A stretch of DNA of 64,000 bases, from assembly GCA_910587395.1 (NCBI GenBank), contig CAJULJ010000003.1, forward strand, positions 7,012 through 71,011. The letters run 5' to 3'. This document shows positions 9,635 through 20,400 of the stretch, piece after piece. The notes beneath the pieces were generated by a model that worked only from the letters and a program-made list of their open reading frames with translations, was not told the DNA's origin and did not search any database. The DNA is from an uncultured Oscillospiraceae bacterium (GTDB lineage Bacteria > Bacillota > Clostridia > Oscillospirales > Oscillospiraceae). Position numbers and translations under genes: made by a program. Within the stretch, counting starts at the first letter, position 1; each line of letters begins with the position of its first letter.

Positions 9635-9638
9635 TCGC

Positions 9639-10052
9639 TTACGCCCCTTTCTTGCGTTTGAACACCAAAAGGCCGGTGAAATAGTTGACAATGACGACCA
9701 ATACCGCAACCAGGAGCTTCGCCACCATCTCATCCACAAGAAGGAAGTCCACCAGCAGGAAGAGGAGCAGGGTCTCCAGGCCCAGCGAGAACAAACGGGA
9801 GAAGGCGAAGGAAAACGCTTCCTTTACACTCCGGGAGGAGGTGGAACAGTAGACCCATTTGCCGTTGGCAAAGTAGGAAAAGGTGACGGCGGCCACCCAG
9901 GCGGCCACGTTGCTGGCGATATAGTGGAGGCTGGTGGCATTGGTCAGAACACCGTAAACGAGGTAATTGACCAGGGTGGTCATACAGCCGACCACAAGAT
10001 AAGCGGCCTGCTCTCTGTAGGTGCCGATAAGAGTCCGAAGCTTTTCGATCAT
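9639..10052 (-). CDS. GtrA family flippase
   Basis: 137 aa, 4 TMs, YLVVGCMTTLVN..FSYFAN..W pattern. Confidence 0.85.
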   Translation of the reverse strand: MIEKLRTLIGTYREQAAYLVVGCMTTLVNYLVYGVLTNATSLHYIASNVAAWVAAVTFSYFANGKWVYCSTSSRSVKEAFSFAFSRLFSLGLETLLLFLLVDFLLVDEMVAKLLVAVLVVIVNYFTGLLVFKRKKGA

Positions 10053-10158
10053 GGAGGACCTCCGATTGAAAAATGCGCAGGAAGCTCAGGGAAAAAGAGG
10101 CGTTGCTTTTGAAATGTGCAGCTTTCCCGCCGGTACATATCGATTTGCACGTCATATT

Positions 10159-10187
10159 AGAATACCACAAAAATCCTATGGTTTCAA
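10159..10187 (-). promoter_or_regulatory. sigma-A promoter for the gtr cassette
   Basis: TTGAAA-17-TATTCT with TG extension. Confidence 0.55.
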
Positions 10188-10325
10188 CAGCTCTGGAAGA
10201 ATTTTTATAGCAGCCGCGTGGGTGACGGCAAAGAAGGCGGCGTGATCGTGAGATCCCACCGCCTTTATGAAAATAGTTTCCGATACCAGATTTGCTCGCG
10301 CCACAAGGAAATTTTTTTCGTCAGC

Positions 10326-11261
10326 TCACCGGCCGGCCGTCTCGCGGGTCCACTGGGACAGCTCCTGGACGGTGGCCAGCACGGTGTGGGCGCCGCCCAC
10401 ATGGTGCTCGACGCCTTGCTCATAATCGATGCCGCTGGCGTTTTTGTCGTAGGCCATCGACTTGCGCCGCTTTTCCACCTCGGGATTTGGGTGGGGGACG
10501 GCGGACAGCAGGCTGCGGGTGTAGGGGTGGATGGGGTTGGAGAAAATCTCCTCCGTGGTGCCCGTCTCCACCAGATAGCCCAGGTGGAGCACCCCGATTC
10601 GGTCGGAGATGTATTTCACCATGGACAGGTCGTGGGCAATGAACAGATAAGCGCACCGGGTTTCCTCCTGGATGTCCTTCATCAGGTTGACCACCTGGGC
10701 CTGAATGGACACGTCCAGGGCGGAAATGCACTCGTCCGCGATGATGAGCTTGGGGTTCATGATGAGCGCCCGGGCGATGCCCACCCGCTGGCGCTGGCCG
10801 CCGGAGAACTGGTGGGGATACCGCTCGGCGTGGGCGGGGGAAAGGCCCACCTTTTTCAGCATGGCGCCCACCGCCTCGGCGCGCTCCGCGGCGCTGGAAT
10901 AACGGTGGTGGATGTCCAGGCCCTCGCCGATGATGTCCCCCACCTTTTTTCGGGGGTTTAAGCTGGACATGGGGTCCTGGAAGATCATCTGCATGTCCCG
11001 GCGGAGCATGGAGCGGGTGTCCTTGTCCAGCCTGCCGGAAATCTCCCTGCCCTCAAAGGTGATGGAGCCTGCCGTGGGGTCATAGAGGCGGATGATGCTG
11101 CGCCCGATGGTGGTTTTGCCGGAGCCGGACTCACCCACCAGACCATAGGTCTCGCCGGGGAAAATCTCAAAGGACACCCCGTTCACCGCCTTGACGGAGA
11201 ACTTCCGGGAGACGGGGAAATGCTGCCTCAGTCCGTTCACTTTCAATAACGCTTCGCTCAT
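10326..11261 (-). CDS. oppF: Oligopeptide ABC transporter ATP-binding protein
   Basis: GESGSGKTT, FSGGQRQR, HPYTRSLL. Confidence 0.9.
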   Translation of the reverse strand: MSEALLKVNGLRQHFPVSRKFSVKAVNGVSFEIFPGETYGLVGESGSGKTTIGRSIIRLYDPTAGSITFEGREISGRLDKDTRSMLRRDMQMIFQDPMSSLNPRKKVGDIIGEGLDIHHRYSSAAERAEAVGAMLKKVGLSPAHAERYPHQFSGGQRQRVGIARALIMNPKLIIADECISALDVSIQAQVVNLMKDIQEETRCAYLFIAHDLSMVKYISDRIGVLHLGYLVETGTTEEIFSNPIHPYTRSLLSAVPHPNPEVEKRRKSMAYDKNASGIDYEQGVEHHVGGAHTVLATVQELSQWTRETAGR

Positions 11262-12337
11262 AGATACTTTTCCGCCTCCTTTTTGGCCCGCTCCAGCCGG
11301 GCTTTCAATCCCTCGGGCAGCTCCGCCTTGGGCGCGTCCGGATGGAGCAGCCAGGTGGCGGCATAGTGGGTGTCGGAAATCTTGAACAGAGGCGGCGCTT
11401 CCTTTTCGTCAATCTTCATGGCGAAGGCGTTGCGGGGGGTGAAGGCGTCGCCCTTGGGCTCATGGAGCAGGTTGGGAGGGCTGCCGGGGATGGAGTACAG
11501 CCGGTCGTCGTCGGTGTCCAGGTCGGGCATGGCGGACAGCAGGCCCCAGGTATAGGGGTGGGCGGGCTCGTAAAAAATTTCGTTCACGTTGCCCACTTCC
11601 ACAATTTTTCCGGCATACATCACGTTGACGTAGTCGGCCACCTTGGCCACCACGCCCAGATCATGGGTGATGTAGATGACGGACAGGCCCAGCCGGTCCT
11701 GCACGTCTTTGATGAGCTCCAGGATCTTGGCCTGGATGGTCACGTCCAGAGCGGTGGTGGGCTCGTCGCAGATGAGGATGTCCGGGCGGCCCGACAGGGC
11801 GATGGCAATGACCACACGCTGGCGCATACCGCCGGACAGCTGATGGGGGTAGTTCTTCATCCGCTTTTCCGCGTCGGTGATGCCCACCAGCTCCAGCAGC
11901 TCCACGGACCGTTTCCAGGCGTCCGCCTTGGACATGCCCCGATGGAGGATCATACCTTCCATGATCTGCTTGCCGATCTGCATGGTGGGGTCCAGGCTGG
12001 TCATGGGGTCCTGAAACACCATGGCGATGCGGTTGCCGTTGAAGTCCTTTCTCAGCTGCCTCTTGGGGATTTTCAGCAGGTCCACGGTCTGCTCGGGGCC
12101 GTCTCCCTCGGCATAGGTGTAGAGCACCTCGCCGCTGTTGATGGTGGCGTTGGCGTCCAGCAGGCCGCAGGCGGCCTTCATGGTCACCGACTTGCCCGAG
12201 CCGGACTCGCCCACGATGGCAACGGTCTCGCCCTTTTGCAGGTCCAGATTCACGCCCCGGATGGCATGGATGGTGCCGGCGTTGGTACGGAAGGAGATGT
12301 CCAGATCCTTGATTTCCAAAATCGTTTTGTTTGCCAA
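11258..12337 (-). CDS. oppD: Oligopeptide ABC transporter ATP-binding protein
   Basis: [37 protein letters not shown] start with RBS. Confidence 0.92.
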   Translation of the reverse strand: MANKTILEIKDLDISFRTNAGTIHAIRGVNLDLQKGETVAIVGESGSGKSVTMKAACGLLDANATINSGEVLYTYAEGDGPEQTVDLLKIPKRQLRKDFNGNRIAMVFQDPMTSLDPTMQIGKQIMEGMILHRGMSKADAWKRSVELLELVGITDAEKRMKNYPHQLSGGMRQRVVIAIALSGRPDILICDEPTTALDVTIQAKILELIKDVQDRLGLSVIYITHDLGVVAKVADYVNVMYAGKIVEVGNVNEIFYEPAHPYTWGLLSAMPDLDTDDDRLYSIPGSPPNLLHEPKGDAFTPRNAFAMKIDEKEAPPLFKISDTHYAATWLLHPDAPKAELPEGLKARLERAKKEAEKYL

Positions 12338-12350
12338 GTTTCTTCCCTCC

Positions 12351-13358
12351 TCACATGTCTTCCAGCTTGGGGGCCAGAGCCTCCCGGAAGCCGTCGCCGA
12401 TGAAGTTGAAGCCCAGCATCAGAAGGGCCAGCACGATGATGGGGGGCAGGATCTGATAGGGCAGGGTGGTGATATTGTTGAAGCCGGCCTCGATCAGGGA
12501 GCCGATGGAGCATTGGGGCAGCACGATGCCCACGCCCACAAAGCTGAGGAACGCCTCGGTGAAAATGGCGGTGGGAATGGAAAACATCACCTGGGTGATG
12601 ATGGGACCGATGGTGTTGGGCAGAATTTCCTTGAAAATGATGTGGAAGCTGCCCGCGCCCAGGGTGCGGCTGGCCAGCACATACTCATGCTCCTTGAGCT
12701 TGAGCATTTCCGCGCGGCTGATCTTGCTCATGCCGATCCACTCGGTGAGCAGCAGGGCCACAATAACCAGCACCATGCCCTTGGGCATGAAAATGGCCAG
12801 CACGGACACGATGACCAGCCGGGGGACGGAGTTGCCGATCTCCACGATGCGCTGCATGATGTTGTCCGTCATGCCGCCGAAGAAGCCGGAGATCAGGCCA
12901 TAGCTCATGCCGATGATCATATCGATGATGATGGTGACAAAGGCGATGATGAGGGAGATGCGGGCCCCCTGCCAGGTGCGGGTCCACAGGTCCCGGCCCA
13001 TGTCGTCGGTACCGAACAGGAAGGTGTGCTCCGCGAACAGCGCGGCGTTGTTGCCGCTGCCCTGGATGACGCCGGAGATCTGCGGCCCGATGCCCCGGGC
13101 CACAATTTGCTTGCCCTCCTCGCTGGTGACGGACACGATGCTGTCGTAATTATAGGCGTTCATCATGGGCCCAAAGGCGGCGAAGAACATGATGAGCAGG
13201 ACGATGACCAGCCCCACCACAGCCCGCCTGTTGCGGAAGAAGCTGATGGCGACGCCCTTCCAGTAGCCCTGGGAGGCGAAGTTCTGGTCGGTGGTGATAT
13301 CCCGGTCGGGGAGGAACTGGAAATCCTCCTTGACGGGCACGTATGGCGTGTTGTTCAT
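12351..13358 (-). CDS. oppC: Oligopeptide ABC transporter permease
   Basis: FGTDDMGRD, EYVLASRTLGA, GDGFREAL. Confidence 0.9.
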   Translation of the reverse strand: MNNTPYVPVKEDFQFLPDRDITTDQNFASQGYWKGVAISFFRNRRAVVGLVIVLLIMFFAAFGPMMNAYNYDSIVSVTSEEGKQIVARGIGPQISGVIQGSGNNAALFAEHTFLFGTDDMGRDLWTRTWQGARISLIIAFVTIIIDMIIGMSYGLISGFFGGMTDNIMQRIVEIGNSVPRLVIVSVLAIFMPKGMVLVIVALLLTEWIGMSKISRAEMLKLKEHEYVLASRTLGAGSFHIIFKEILPNTIGPIITQVMFSIPTAIFTEAFLSFVGVGIVLPQCSIGSLIEAGFNNITTLPYQILPPIIVLALLMLGFNFIGDGFREALAPKLEDM

Positions 13359-13360
13359 GC

Positions 13361-14302
13361 TCAGCCCTCCTTTGTGGAAACCCGGATGCGGGGGTCAAGC
13401 AGGCCGTAGAGCAGGTCCACCACCAGCATGATCCCAATGTACAGCGCGGAGTAGAGGATGCCCAGGGCCAGCACATAGTTATAGTCCACGCCCTCGCCGG
13501 TGATGGCGTCCACCATCAGCTTGCCGATGCCGTTGATGCCGTAAATCTTCTCCACCACCAGCGCGCCGGTGAGCAGGTCCACGATGAGGGGAGCCAGCAC
13601 CGTCACGATGGGCACCAGGGCGTTGCGCAGGACGTGCCTGCGTACCAGCGTACCACCGTACAGACCTTTGCTCTCCGCCAGGCGGACATAATCGCTGTCC
13701 ATGACCTCCACCATCTCGTTCCGGGTGAACCGCGCCACCGTGGACATGGTGAACAGGCTCAGGGACAGGGAAGGAAGCACAGAGGAGAACAGGAAACGGT
13801 TGGCGTCGAAAAAGTAGGGGAAGAAGGGAATCTTGAAGGAGAAGAAATATTGCAGGAAAATCAGGAACACGTAGGACGGCACGCACACCCCGATGATGGA
13901 GAATACGGTGCAGAAGCCGTCCAGGAACCTGCCCCGGTTCAGGGCCGCCACAATGCCCAGCAACAGCCCCACCGCCGTACCGATCAGGATGGCGATGCCA
14001 CCGATGCGGAAGGAGTTGGAGATGGCGGTGGACAGGACCGTGTTGATGGGCGCGCCGTAATAGAGCGAGGTTCCCCGCCCGAAATCTCCCTTGAGCAGGT
14101 TGGCCATGTACCGCCCGAACTGGACCAGGATGGGATCGTCCAGTCCCATCTCCAGCCGCTTGGCGGCGATCTGCTCCGCGCTCATGCGCTCCGAGGGGAA
14201 GGGGTTGCCGGGCATGATGCGCACCAGCACAAAAAGCAGGAACACAATGAGCAGCAGGGTGAGCAGAGCCATTCCGACTCGTTTCAATGTATATTTCACC
14301 AT
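13361..14302 (-). CDS. oppB: Oligopeptide ABC transporter permease
   Basis: MPGNP, DYVRLAESKG, H.LRNAL, LDPRI. Confidence 0.9.
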   Translation of the reverse strand: MVKYTLKRVGMALLTLLLIVFLLFVLVRIMPGNPFPSERMSAEQIAAKRLEMGLDDPILVQFGRYMANLLKGDFGRGTSLYYGAPINTVLSTAISNSFRIGGIAILIGTAVGLLLGIVAALNRGRFLDGFCTVFSIIGVCVPSYVFLIFLQYFFSFKIPFFPYFFDANRFLFSSVLPSLSLSLFTMSTVARFTRNEMVEVMDSDYVRLAESKGLYGGTLVRRHVLRNALVPIVTVLAPLIVDLLTGALVVEKIYGINGIGKLMVDAITGEGVDYNYVLALGILYSALYIGIMLVVDLLYGLLDPRIRVSTKEG

Positions 14303-14469
14303 AAGCATTACCCCCAGTGATAGTGTATCGTCATAGTCAAAAAACCTCAAAACAAGTATGTATGGATTTGTTTGGAAGTTTTTTGACTACTGATTTGTCC
14401 GGATGGGGAAAGGGCGGGGGAGCGGCACTCAGAAAAGGGCCGCTCCCCACAAAACGCCTGTGTTGTGTG

Positions 14470-16179
14470 TCAGCCGATGCTGGCGGATTTGTAAACGCGG
14501 TTCAGAGCCACAGGGTGGAACTCGACGCCGCTCACGCCGTCGGCGATGAGGTTGGCGTTGGACTTGGTGTACAAGGGGGCGATGACGGCCTCCTTCATCA
14601 CCAGCTCCTCGCCCTCATACAGTGCGGCCCAGCGGGCATCGTAGTCGGTGACATAGGCGCCGGTGGTGCAGTCGGTGATGATCTGATCATATTCAGCGTT
14701 GGACCAGAAGCCGTAGTTGTTGGCGTTGTTGGTCACCCACATGCCCATGTAGGTCATGGGGTCGGCGTAGTCGGGACCCCAGCGGGTCAGAGCCACGTCG
14801 TAGTTGTCGTTCTGCATCTTGTCCAGACGCTCGGCCTTGGTCATGGGCTGGAGGTTCAGGGTCACGCCGGGGAGGTTCTCCTCCACCTGGCTCTTGATGG
14901 CCTGAGCCACGTTGGCCACCTCGTCACCCTCGTTGTTGCCGTAGATCATGGTGAACTCGAAGCTGTCCACGCCCAGCTCGGACTTGGCGGCCTCCAGATA
15001 GCTCTGGGCCTTGGTCACGTCGTAGCCGCAGTAGTCGGCAAACTTCTTCTGGTCGGCGGAGAAGTCCTCGCCGGTGGTGGCGCTGGCGGCGAACTGGGGA
15101 GGCACGGCGGTGTAGGTGGCCAGGGAGCCGTCCATCACGTAATTGTCCACGATGCTCTCGCGGTCGATGGCGTTGGAGATGGCCAGACGCAGATTGGTGT
15201 TGGCCAGCTTGCCGCCCTGGGCGTTTTTATCGGTCTGGCTGAAGGTGAGGTACCACATATAGCCCGCGCCGGTGACCTTCAGCTTGCTGGACAGGCTGGC
15301 GTCGCTCTCGGCGGAGGCCACCTGACTGCCGTTGATGGTGACCAGATCCAAGGTGTTGCTACGGAAAGCGGTCAGGGCGTTATCCGAGGAACCCACCACC
15401 TGGTAGCTGATGCCGGGCAGCTTCACACGGGCGGCGTCCCAGTAGTCGGGGTTCTTCTTTAGGGACAGGCTGGCGGTGCCGGGGGTGTAGCTCTCCAGAA
15501 TGAACGCGCCGTTGGACAGATAGGTCTCTGGGCTGGTGCCATAGGTGCCTTCAGCCAGACCGCTGTAAAACTTCTCATTGATGGGGTAGAAGGCGGGGAA
15601 GTACATCAGGGAGGGGAAGTAGGACACAGGGGCGGTCAGCTCCACCACCAGGGTCTTTTCGTCCGAAGCGGTGATGCCAAGGGTGTCGGAGGAAGCTTCG
15701 CCGGACATGATGGCGTCGGCGTTCTTCACGTTGCCCACGCCGTCGCCGAACATGTAGCCGTACTCCTCATTGGTTTCCACGCCCAGCCGCCAGGCAAACA
15801 CGAAGTCCTGGGCGGTGACGGGGTCACCGTTGGCCCATTTGGCGTCGCGCAGATGGAAGGTGTAGGTCTGGCCGTCGTCGGAGATGTCCCACTTCTCGGC
15901 GATGGCGGGGATGGCCGCGCCCTCGGCGTCCATCTGAGTCAGGCCGTCGATGCAGTCGGCAATGACCTCGAAGGAGTCGCCGTCGGTGGCCAGATTGGTA
16001 TCCAGGGACATGACGTTGGTGCTCAGCATGACGTTCAGGTATTTGCCTCCGTCATTGCCGGAGCTGGGGGCGACGCTGGGATTAGTCCCAGTGTCTGAGC
16101 CCGCGGGCTCATTGCTGTTACATGCCGTCAGCCCAAAGAGCATCAGGGCCGCCAGCAGCATGGAGATGGTCTTTTTCAT
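14470..16179 (-). CDS. oppA: Oligopeptide ABC transporter substrate-binding lipoprotein
   Basis: Lipobox LTAC, YTFHLRDAKWANGDPVTAQDF, WGPDYADP. Confidence 0.92.
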   Translation of the reverse strand: MKKTISMLLAALMLFGLTACNSNEPAGSDTGTNPSVAPSSGNDGGKYLNVMLSTNVMSLDTNLATDGDSFEVIADCIDGLTQMDAEGAAIPAIAEKWDISDDGQTYTFHLRDAKWANGDPVTAQDFVFAWRLGVETNEEYGYMFGDGVGNVKNADAIMSGEASSDTLGITASDEKTLVVELTAPVSYFPSLMYFPAFYPINEKFYSGLAEGTYGTSPETYLSNGAFILESYTPGTASLSLKKNPDYWDAARVKLPGISYQVVGSSDNALTAFRSNTLDLVTINGSQVASAESDASLSSKLKVTGAGYMWYLTFSQTDKNAQGGKLANTNLRLAISNAIDRESIVDNYVMDGSLATYTAVPPQFAASATTGEDFSADQKKFADYCGYDVTKAQSYLEAAKSELGVDSFEFTMIYGNNEGDEVANVAQAIKSQVEENLPGVTLNLQPMTKAERLDKMQNDNYDVALTRWGPDYADPMTYMGMWVTNNANNYGFWSNAEYDQIITDCTTGAYVTDYDARWAALYEGEELVMKEAVIAPLYTKSNANLIADGVSGVEFHPVALNRVYKSASIG

Positions 16180-16479
16180 TCCATTACTCAATCCTTTCCA
16201 TTTTTGCCACTTTAGAGTATTATTATGATAACATACTAAAGTGATGCAAGTAGTATATCATAATCCTGCATTTTTGGCAACTGACAAAAATGCAAAATAT
16301 CAGCAAAATAGAGAAAAATCATTTGTGGCTTTCCGTCATTTCGACGAAAAATGCCGGATTGATGCTGGAGTAGATTCCAAAAAACTGGCCGAAAGCAGCA
16401 GCTGGGCATTGGCTGCGGGAGCGCTGCCGAAATTGAGTGCCGGAGAATTTGCAAGTTTAAAGGCGGCTTTATGCGAAGC

Positions 16480-16509
16480 TTGCCCCAAGGACGGGAGCTG
16501 TGCTATAAT
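16480..16509 (+). promoter_or_regulatory. sigma-A promoter for the methyltransferase
   Basis: TTGCCC-18-TATAAT with extended -10 (TGcTATAAT). Confidence 0.55.
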
Positions 16510-16552
16510 GCTGTCCAAATGTGGGCGGATGAGCCGCCGGAAGGGGTGCTTT

Positions 16553-17377
16553 ATGGAAAGTCTGTTTTGCTGTCCCGTGTGCGGCGGTGCGCTGACCCGG
16601 AGGAAGGGGCGGTACCTGTGCGCTGCGGGCCACAGCTTCGATATCGCCAGGGAAGGGTATGTCAACCTGCTCCCTGCCAATCAGCAGCACTCCAAGGCAC
16701 CGGGAGATGACCGGGAAATGGCCGCCGCCCGGACCCGGTTTCTGGAGGGCGGCTGGTATGGCCCGCTGCGGGAAAAGCTATGCAGGCTGATTGAGGAGCT
16801 GGCTTCCGACAGGCCTGCCCTGCTTGACGCGGGCTGCGGCGAGGGCTGGTATACACAGGCCATGGCGGAGACGGCGTGCGCAAAGGGTGGACGTACCGCG
16901 GGCGTTGATCTGTCCAAACCGGCGGTGAAGAAGGCGGCCCGCCGCTGTGCGGCAGGAGAGTTTGCCGTGGGGACGCTTTATCATCTCCCGGCGGCGGATG
17001 AAACCGTTGATCTGTTGGTGAACTGCTTTTCACCTCTGGCTGCGGAGGAGTTCGCCCGTGTGGTGAAGCCGGAGGGGAAGTTTTTGTATGTGGTCCCCGG
17101 TCCCAGACACCTGTGGGAGCTGAAAGAGGCGGTGTATGAACGCCCTTACGAAAATGAGGAGAGACGGGAGGAATATCCGGGCTTCCGCTATCTGGATGTG
17201 GTCCCGGTGGAGTGCCGTTTTACCCTTCCGGATACCCGGACCATCCAGGACCTGTTCCGCATGACCCCCTATTACTGGAAATCTCCCAAGGCAGGGGCGG
17301 CGCGGCTGGCGGAGCTGGAGCGGCTGACCGTCACCGGGCAGTTCCGTATCCATGTGATGGAGCGAACGGGCAAATAG
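16553..17377 (+). CDS. rlmA: RlmA-like 23S rRNA m1G methyltransferase
   Basis: CPVC..C..GHSFD zinc finger, GYVNLL, LDAGCGEGWY, HLWELK, MTPYYW. Confidence 0.8.
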   Translation: MESLFCCPVCGGALTRRKGRYLCAAGHSFDIAREGYVNLLPANQQHSKAPGDDREMAAARTRFLEGGWYGPLREKLCRLIEELASDRPALLDAGCGEGWYTQAMAETACAKGGRTAGVDLSKPAVKKAARRCAAGEFAVGTLYHLPAADETVDLLVNCFSPLAAEEFARVVKPEGKFLYVVPGPRHLWELKEAVYERPYENEERREEYPGFRYLDVVPVECRFTLPDTRTIQDLFRMTPYYWKSPKAGAARLAELERLTVTGQFRIHVMERTGK

Positions 17378-17382
17378 GCGTG

Positions 17383-17417
17383 AAAACAGGGTCCCTCTCA
17401 CGGAGGGACCCTGTTTT
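17383..17417. terminator. Bidirectional intrinsic terminator
   Basis: AAAACAGGGTCCCTC-N5-GAGGGACCCTGTTTT. Confidence 0.88.
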
Positions 17418-17431
17418 ATGTAATGCTTCGG

Positions 17432-20400
17432 TTATTTTTTCTTGAACGGCCACCAGGACCGCTTTTTGGATGCCTCCGCTTTTTTTGCCGGCGCGGGCTT
17501 TGCGTTTTGCTGGGGCCGGGCCTGGGGCTGGGCGGCCGACAGGCGCTCCAGCGCTTCTTTTGCCTTTTTGTGGCCCTGGTCCGCCGCCTGCCGGTAGAGC
17601 GTCCGGGCTGCCTCCAAATCCTGGTCCGTCCCCTGGCCCAGCTCACAGCACCGGGCCTTCAGGTACAGGCCGCGGGAACTGCCTCGCTCGGCGGCCTCCC
17701 CATAAAGCGCCGCCGCTCGGAGCGGGTCCTTCTCCACACCGACGCCCTTCATATAGCACTCCCCCAGGGAGCAGGTGCCGTCGCTGTGGCCGCCCTTGTG
17801 GGCTTTGGTGTACAGCTCCACCGCCTTTTTCTCATCCTTTTCCACGCCATAGCCGTTTTCATAGCACTCGCCCAGCAGGAACTCCGCCCGGTGGAACTGC
17901 TGCTCGGCGGCCTTGGCGAACCATTTGGCCGCTTCGGTGTTGTCCTCCTCCACGGTGATGCCGTGGTAGTAGAAGAAGCCCAAATTGCACATGGCTCTGG
18001 CGTTGCCCTTTTCCGCCGCGATGCGGTACAGCTTCGCCGCCGTCTCCCGATCCTGCTCCACGCCGTGGCCCAGCTCGTAGCACAGCCCCAGGGAGCAGGT
18101 GCCGGAGGGGTAACCCCCTTCATGGGCAATGGCGTACAGCCGGGCGGCCTCTTTTTGGTCGGCCTCCACGCCGTAGCCGTAGTCGTAGCACTCGCCCAGC
18201 AGGAAGTGGGCCCGAGCGCTGCCCCGATCGGCGGATTTGCGGAACCACTTCACCGCCTCCTCGTCGTTCATCTCCACGCCGATGCCCTGGTACAGGCAGT
18301 AGCCGTAGTTGCACATGGCCCAGGTGTTGCCCTGTTCGGCGGCCTCCTTGTAAAGCTGCACGGCCCGGGCCTTGTCCGTCACCACGCCCTTGCCGTATTC
18401 GTAGCAGGTGCCCAGGGAGCAGGTGGCGGCGGCAAAGTGCTGCTCATGGGCCAGCTGGTACAGCTCCACCGCCTTTCCCATGTCGGCCTCCACGCCGTAG
18501 CCGTTTTCATAGCATTCGCCCAGCAGCTGGCGCGCCCGGGGCTGGCCCGCCTGGGCGGCCTTGGAAAACCACTTGAACGCCTCGTCGTTGTCCTCCTCCA
18601 CGCCAATGCCCCGGTAGTAGCAGTAGCCCAGATTGCATTGGGCCTGAACCGAGCCCGCCTGCGCCGCCTGACGATAGAGTTCCACCGCCTTGGCGAGATC
18701 CTGCTCCACCCCGGTGCCCAGCTCATAGCACAGTCCCAGGGCGCAGGTGCCCGCAGGATAGCCCGCCTCGTGGGATTGACGGTAGAGCTCAAAGGCTTTG
18801 CATTCGTCCTTTTCCACGCCGAAGCCGCCGTCATAGCATTCGCCCAGCAGCTGCTGGGCGCGGGGATAGCCCTCCTTTGCCGCCAGATGGAACCAGTGGG
18901 CGGCCTGCTTGTCGTCGTGCTCCACGCCGATGCCCTGATAGTAGCAGAAACCCAGATTGCACATGCCCCGGGCCTCGCCGCCCTCGGCGGACCTGCGGTA
19001 GAGCTCTACGGCGCGGGTTTTGTCCATTTCCACCCCCCGGCCCAGCTCATAGCACAGCCCCAGGGCACAGGAGCCGGCGGGGTGGCCCTTTTCGTCCGCC
19101 TGAATGTAAAGCCCGACGGCCTTTTCCAGGTCAGTCTCCACGCCGAAGCCGCCCTCGTAGCACTGTCCCAGCAGGAACAGCGCCCGGCTGCTGCCCTGCT
19201 GAGCGGCCTTGTCGAACCAGTATACCGCCTGCTCGTTGTCCTCCGCAACGCCGATGGCCCGGTAATAGCAGTAGCCCAGGTTGCACTGCGCGCGGGCGTC
19301 CCCGGCGTCGGCGGCCTGCCGGTACAGCTCCAAAGCCTTGTCCATGTCCTGCTCCACGCCCTGGCCCAGCTCGTAGCACAGTCCCAGAGAGCAGGTGCCG
19401 GGGGGATAGCCCCCGTCGCTGGCCGCCCGGTAGAGCTGGGCCGCCTTGGTGTGGTCTGCCTCGACGCCGTAGCCGAAGTCATAGCAGTCCCCCAGCAGGC
19501 CCAGCGCACGGGGGTAGCCCTCCTCCGCCGCCAGCTGGAACCAGTGGACGGCCTGCTTGTCATCCACCTCCACGCCGATGCCCCGGTAGTAGCAGAACCC
19601 CAGATTGCATTGGGCGGGCACATAACCCTGGTCCGCCGCTTCCCGGTAGAGCTCCACCGCACGGGTCAGGTCCTGCTCCACGCCCTGACCCAGCTCGAAG
19701 CACAGGCCATAGGCGCAGGTGGCGGGAGGGTATTCATCCTCGTGAGCCTGACGGTACAAATCAGCTGATTTGACTGCGTCCTGCTCCACGCCCTGACCCA
19801 GCTCATAGCACTGGGCCAGCAGGAATTGACCCTTGGCATAGCCCTGTCCGGCGCATTGACGGTACAGCTCGGCCGCCTTTTTCTCGTCCTTTTCTACGCC
19901 AATGCCGTGGTCGTAGCACACGCCCAGGGCGCAGGTGCCCGCGTCGTACCGCTGCTCATGGGCGGCCCGGTAGAGTTCCACGGCCTTGTCCGCAGCCTTG
20001 TCCACGCCAAGGCCGTTCTCGTAGCACTCACCCAGCAGGGTCTGCGCCCTGGGGTACTCCTGTTGGGCGGCCTTCTCAAACCAGCTCACCGCCTCCTGGT
20101 AATCCTGCTCCACCCCGATGCCCCGATAGTAGAAAAATCCCAGATTGCACTGGGCGGGGGCGTAATCCTGCTCGCCGGACTCCCGGTACAGCTCCGCCGC
20201 CCGCTCTTTGTCCAGCTCAACTCCGGTGCCCAGCTCATAGCACAGACCCAGCTCGCACAGGGCGGGGGGATAGCCCTGCTCCGCCGCCTGGGTCAGCAGG
20301 CGCGCGCCCTTTTGTGGGTCTTTCTCCGTGCCGATGCCCCGGATATGACACAGCCCCAGGCCGTATTGAGCGGCAATGTAATCTCCTTCCGCCGCCTTGG

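Noticed and set aside
10053..10152. gtrA leader (GTGCAAA..GCTGCAC) as a c-di-GMP riboswitch
   Set aside because: Too short and lacks the second stem and conserved motifs
16241..16552. Long N-terminal extension of the RlmA-like ORF in the ORF track
   Set aside because: Homology, RBS and promoter support ATG 16553; the upstream sequence is AT-rich intergenic DNA
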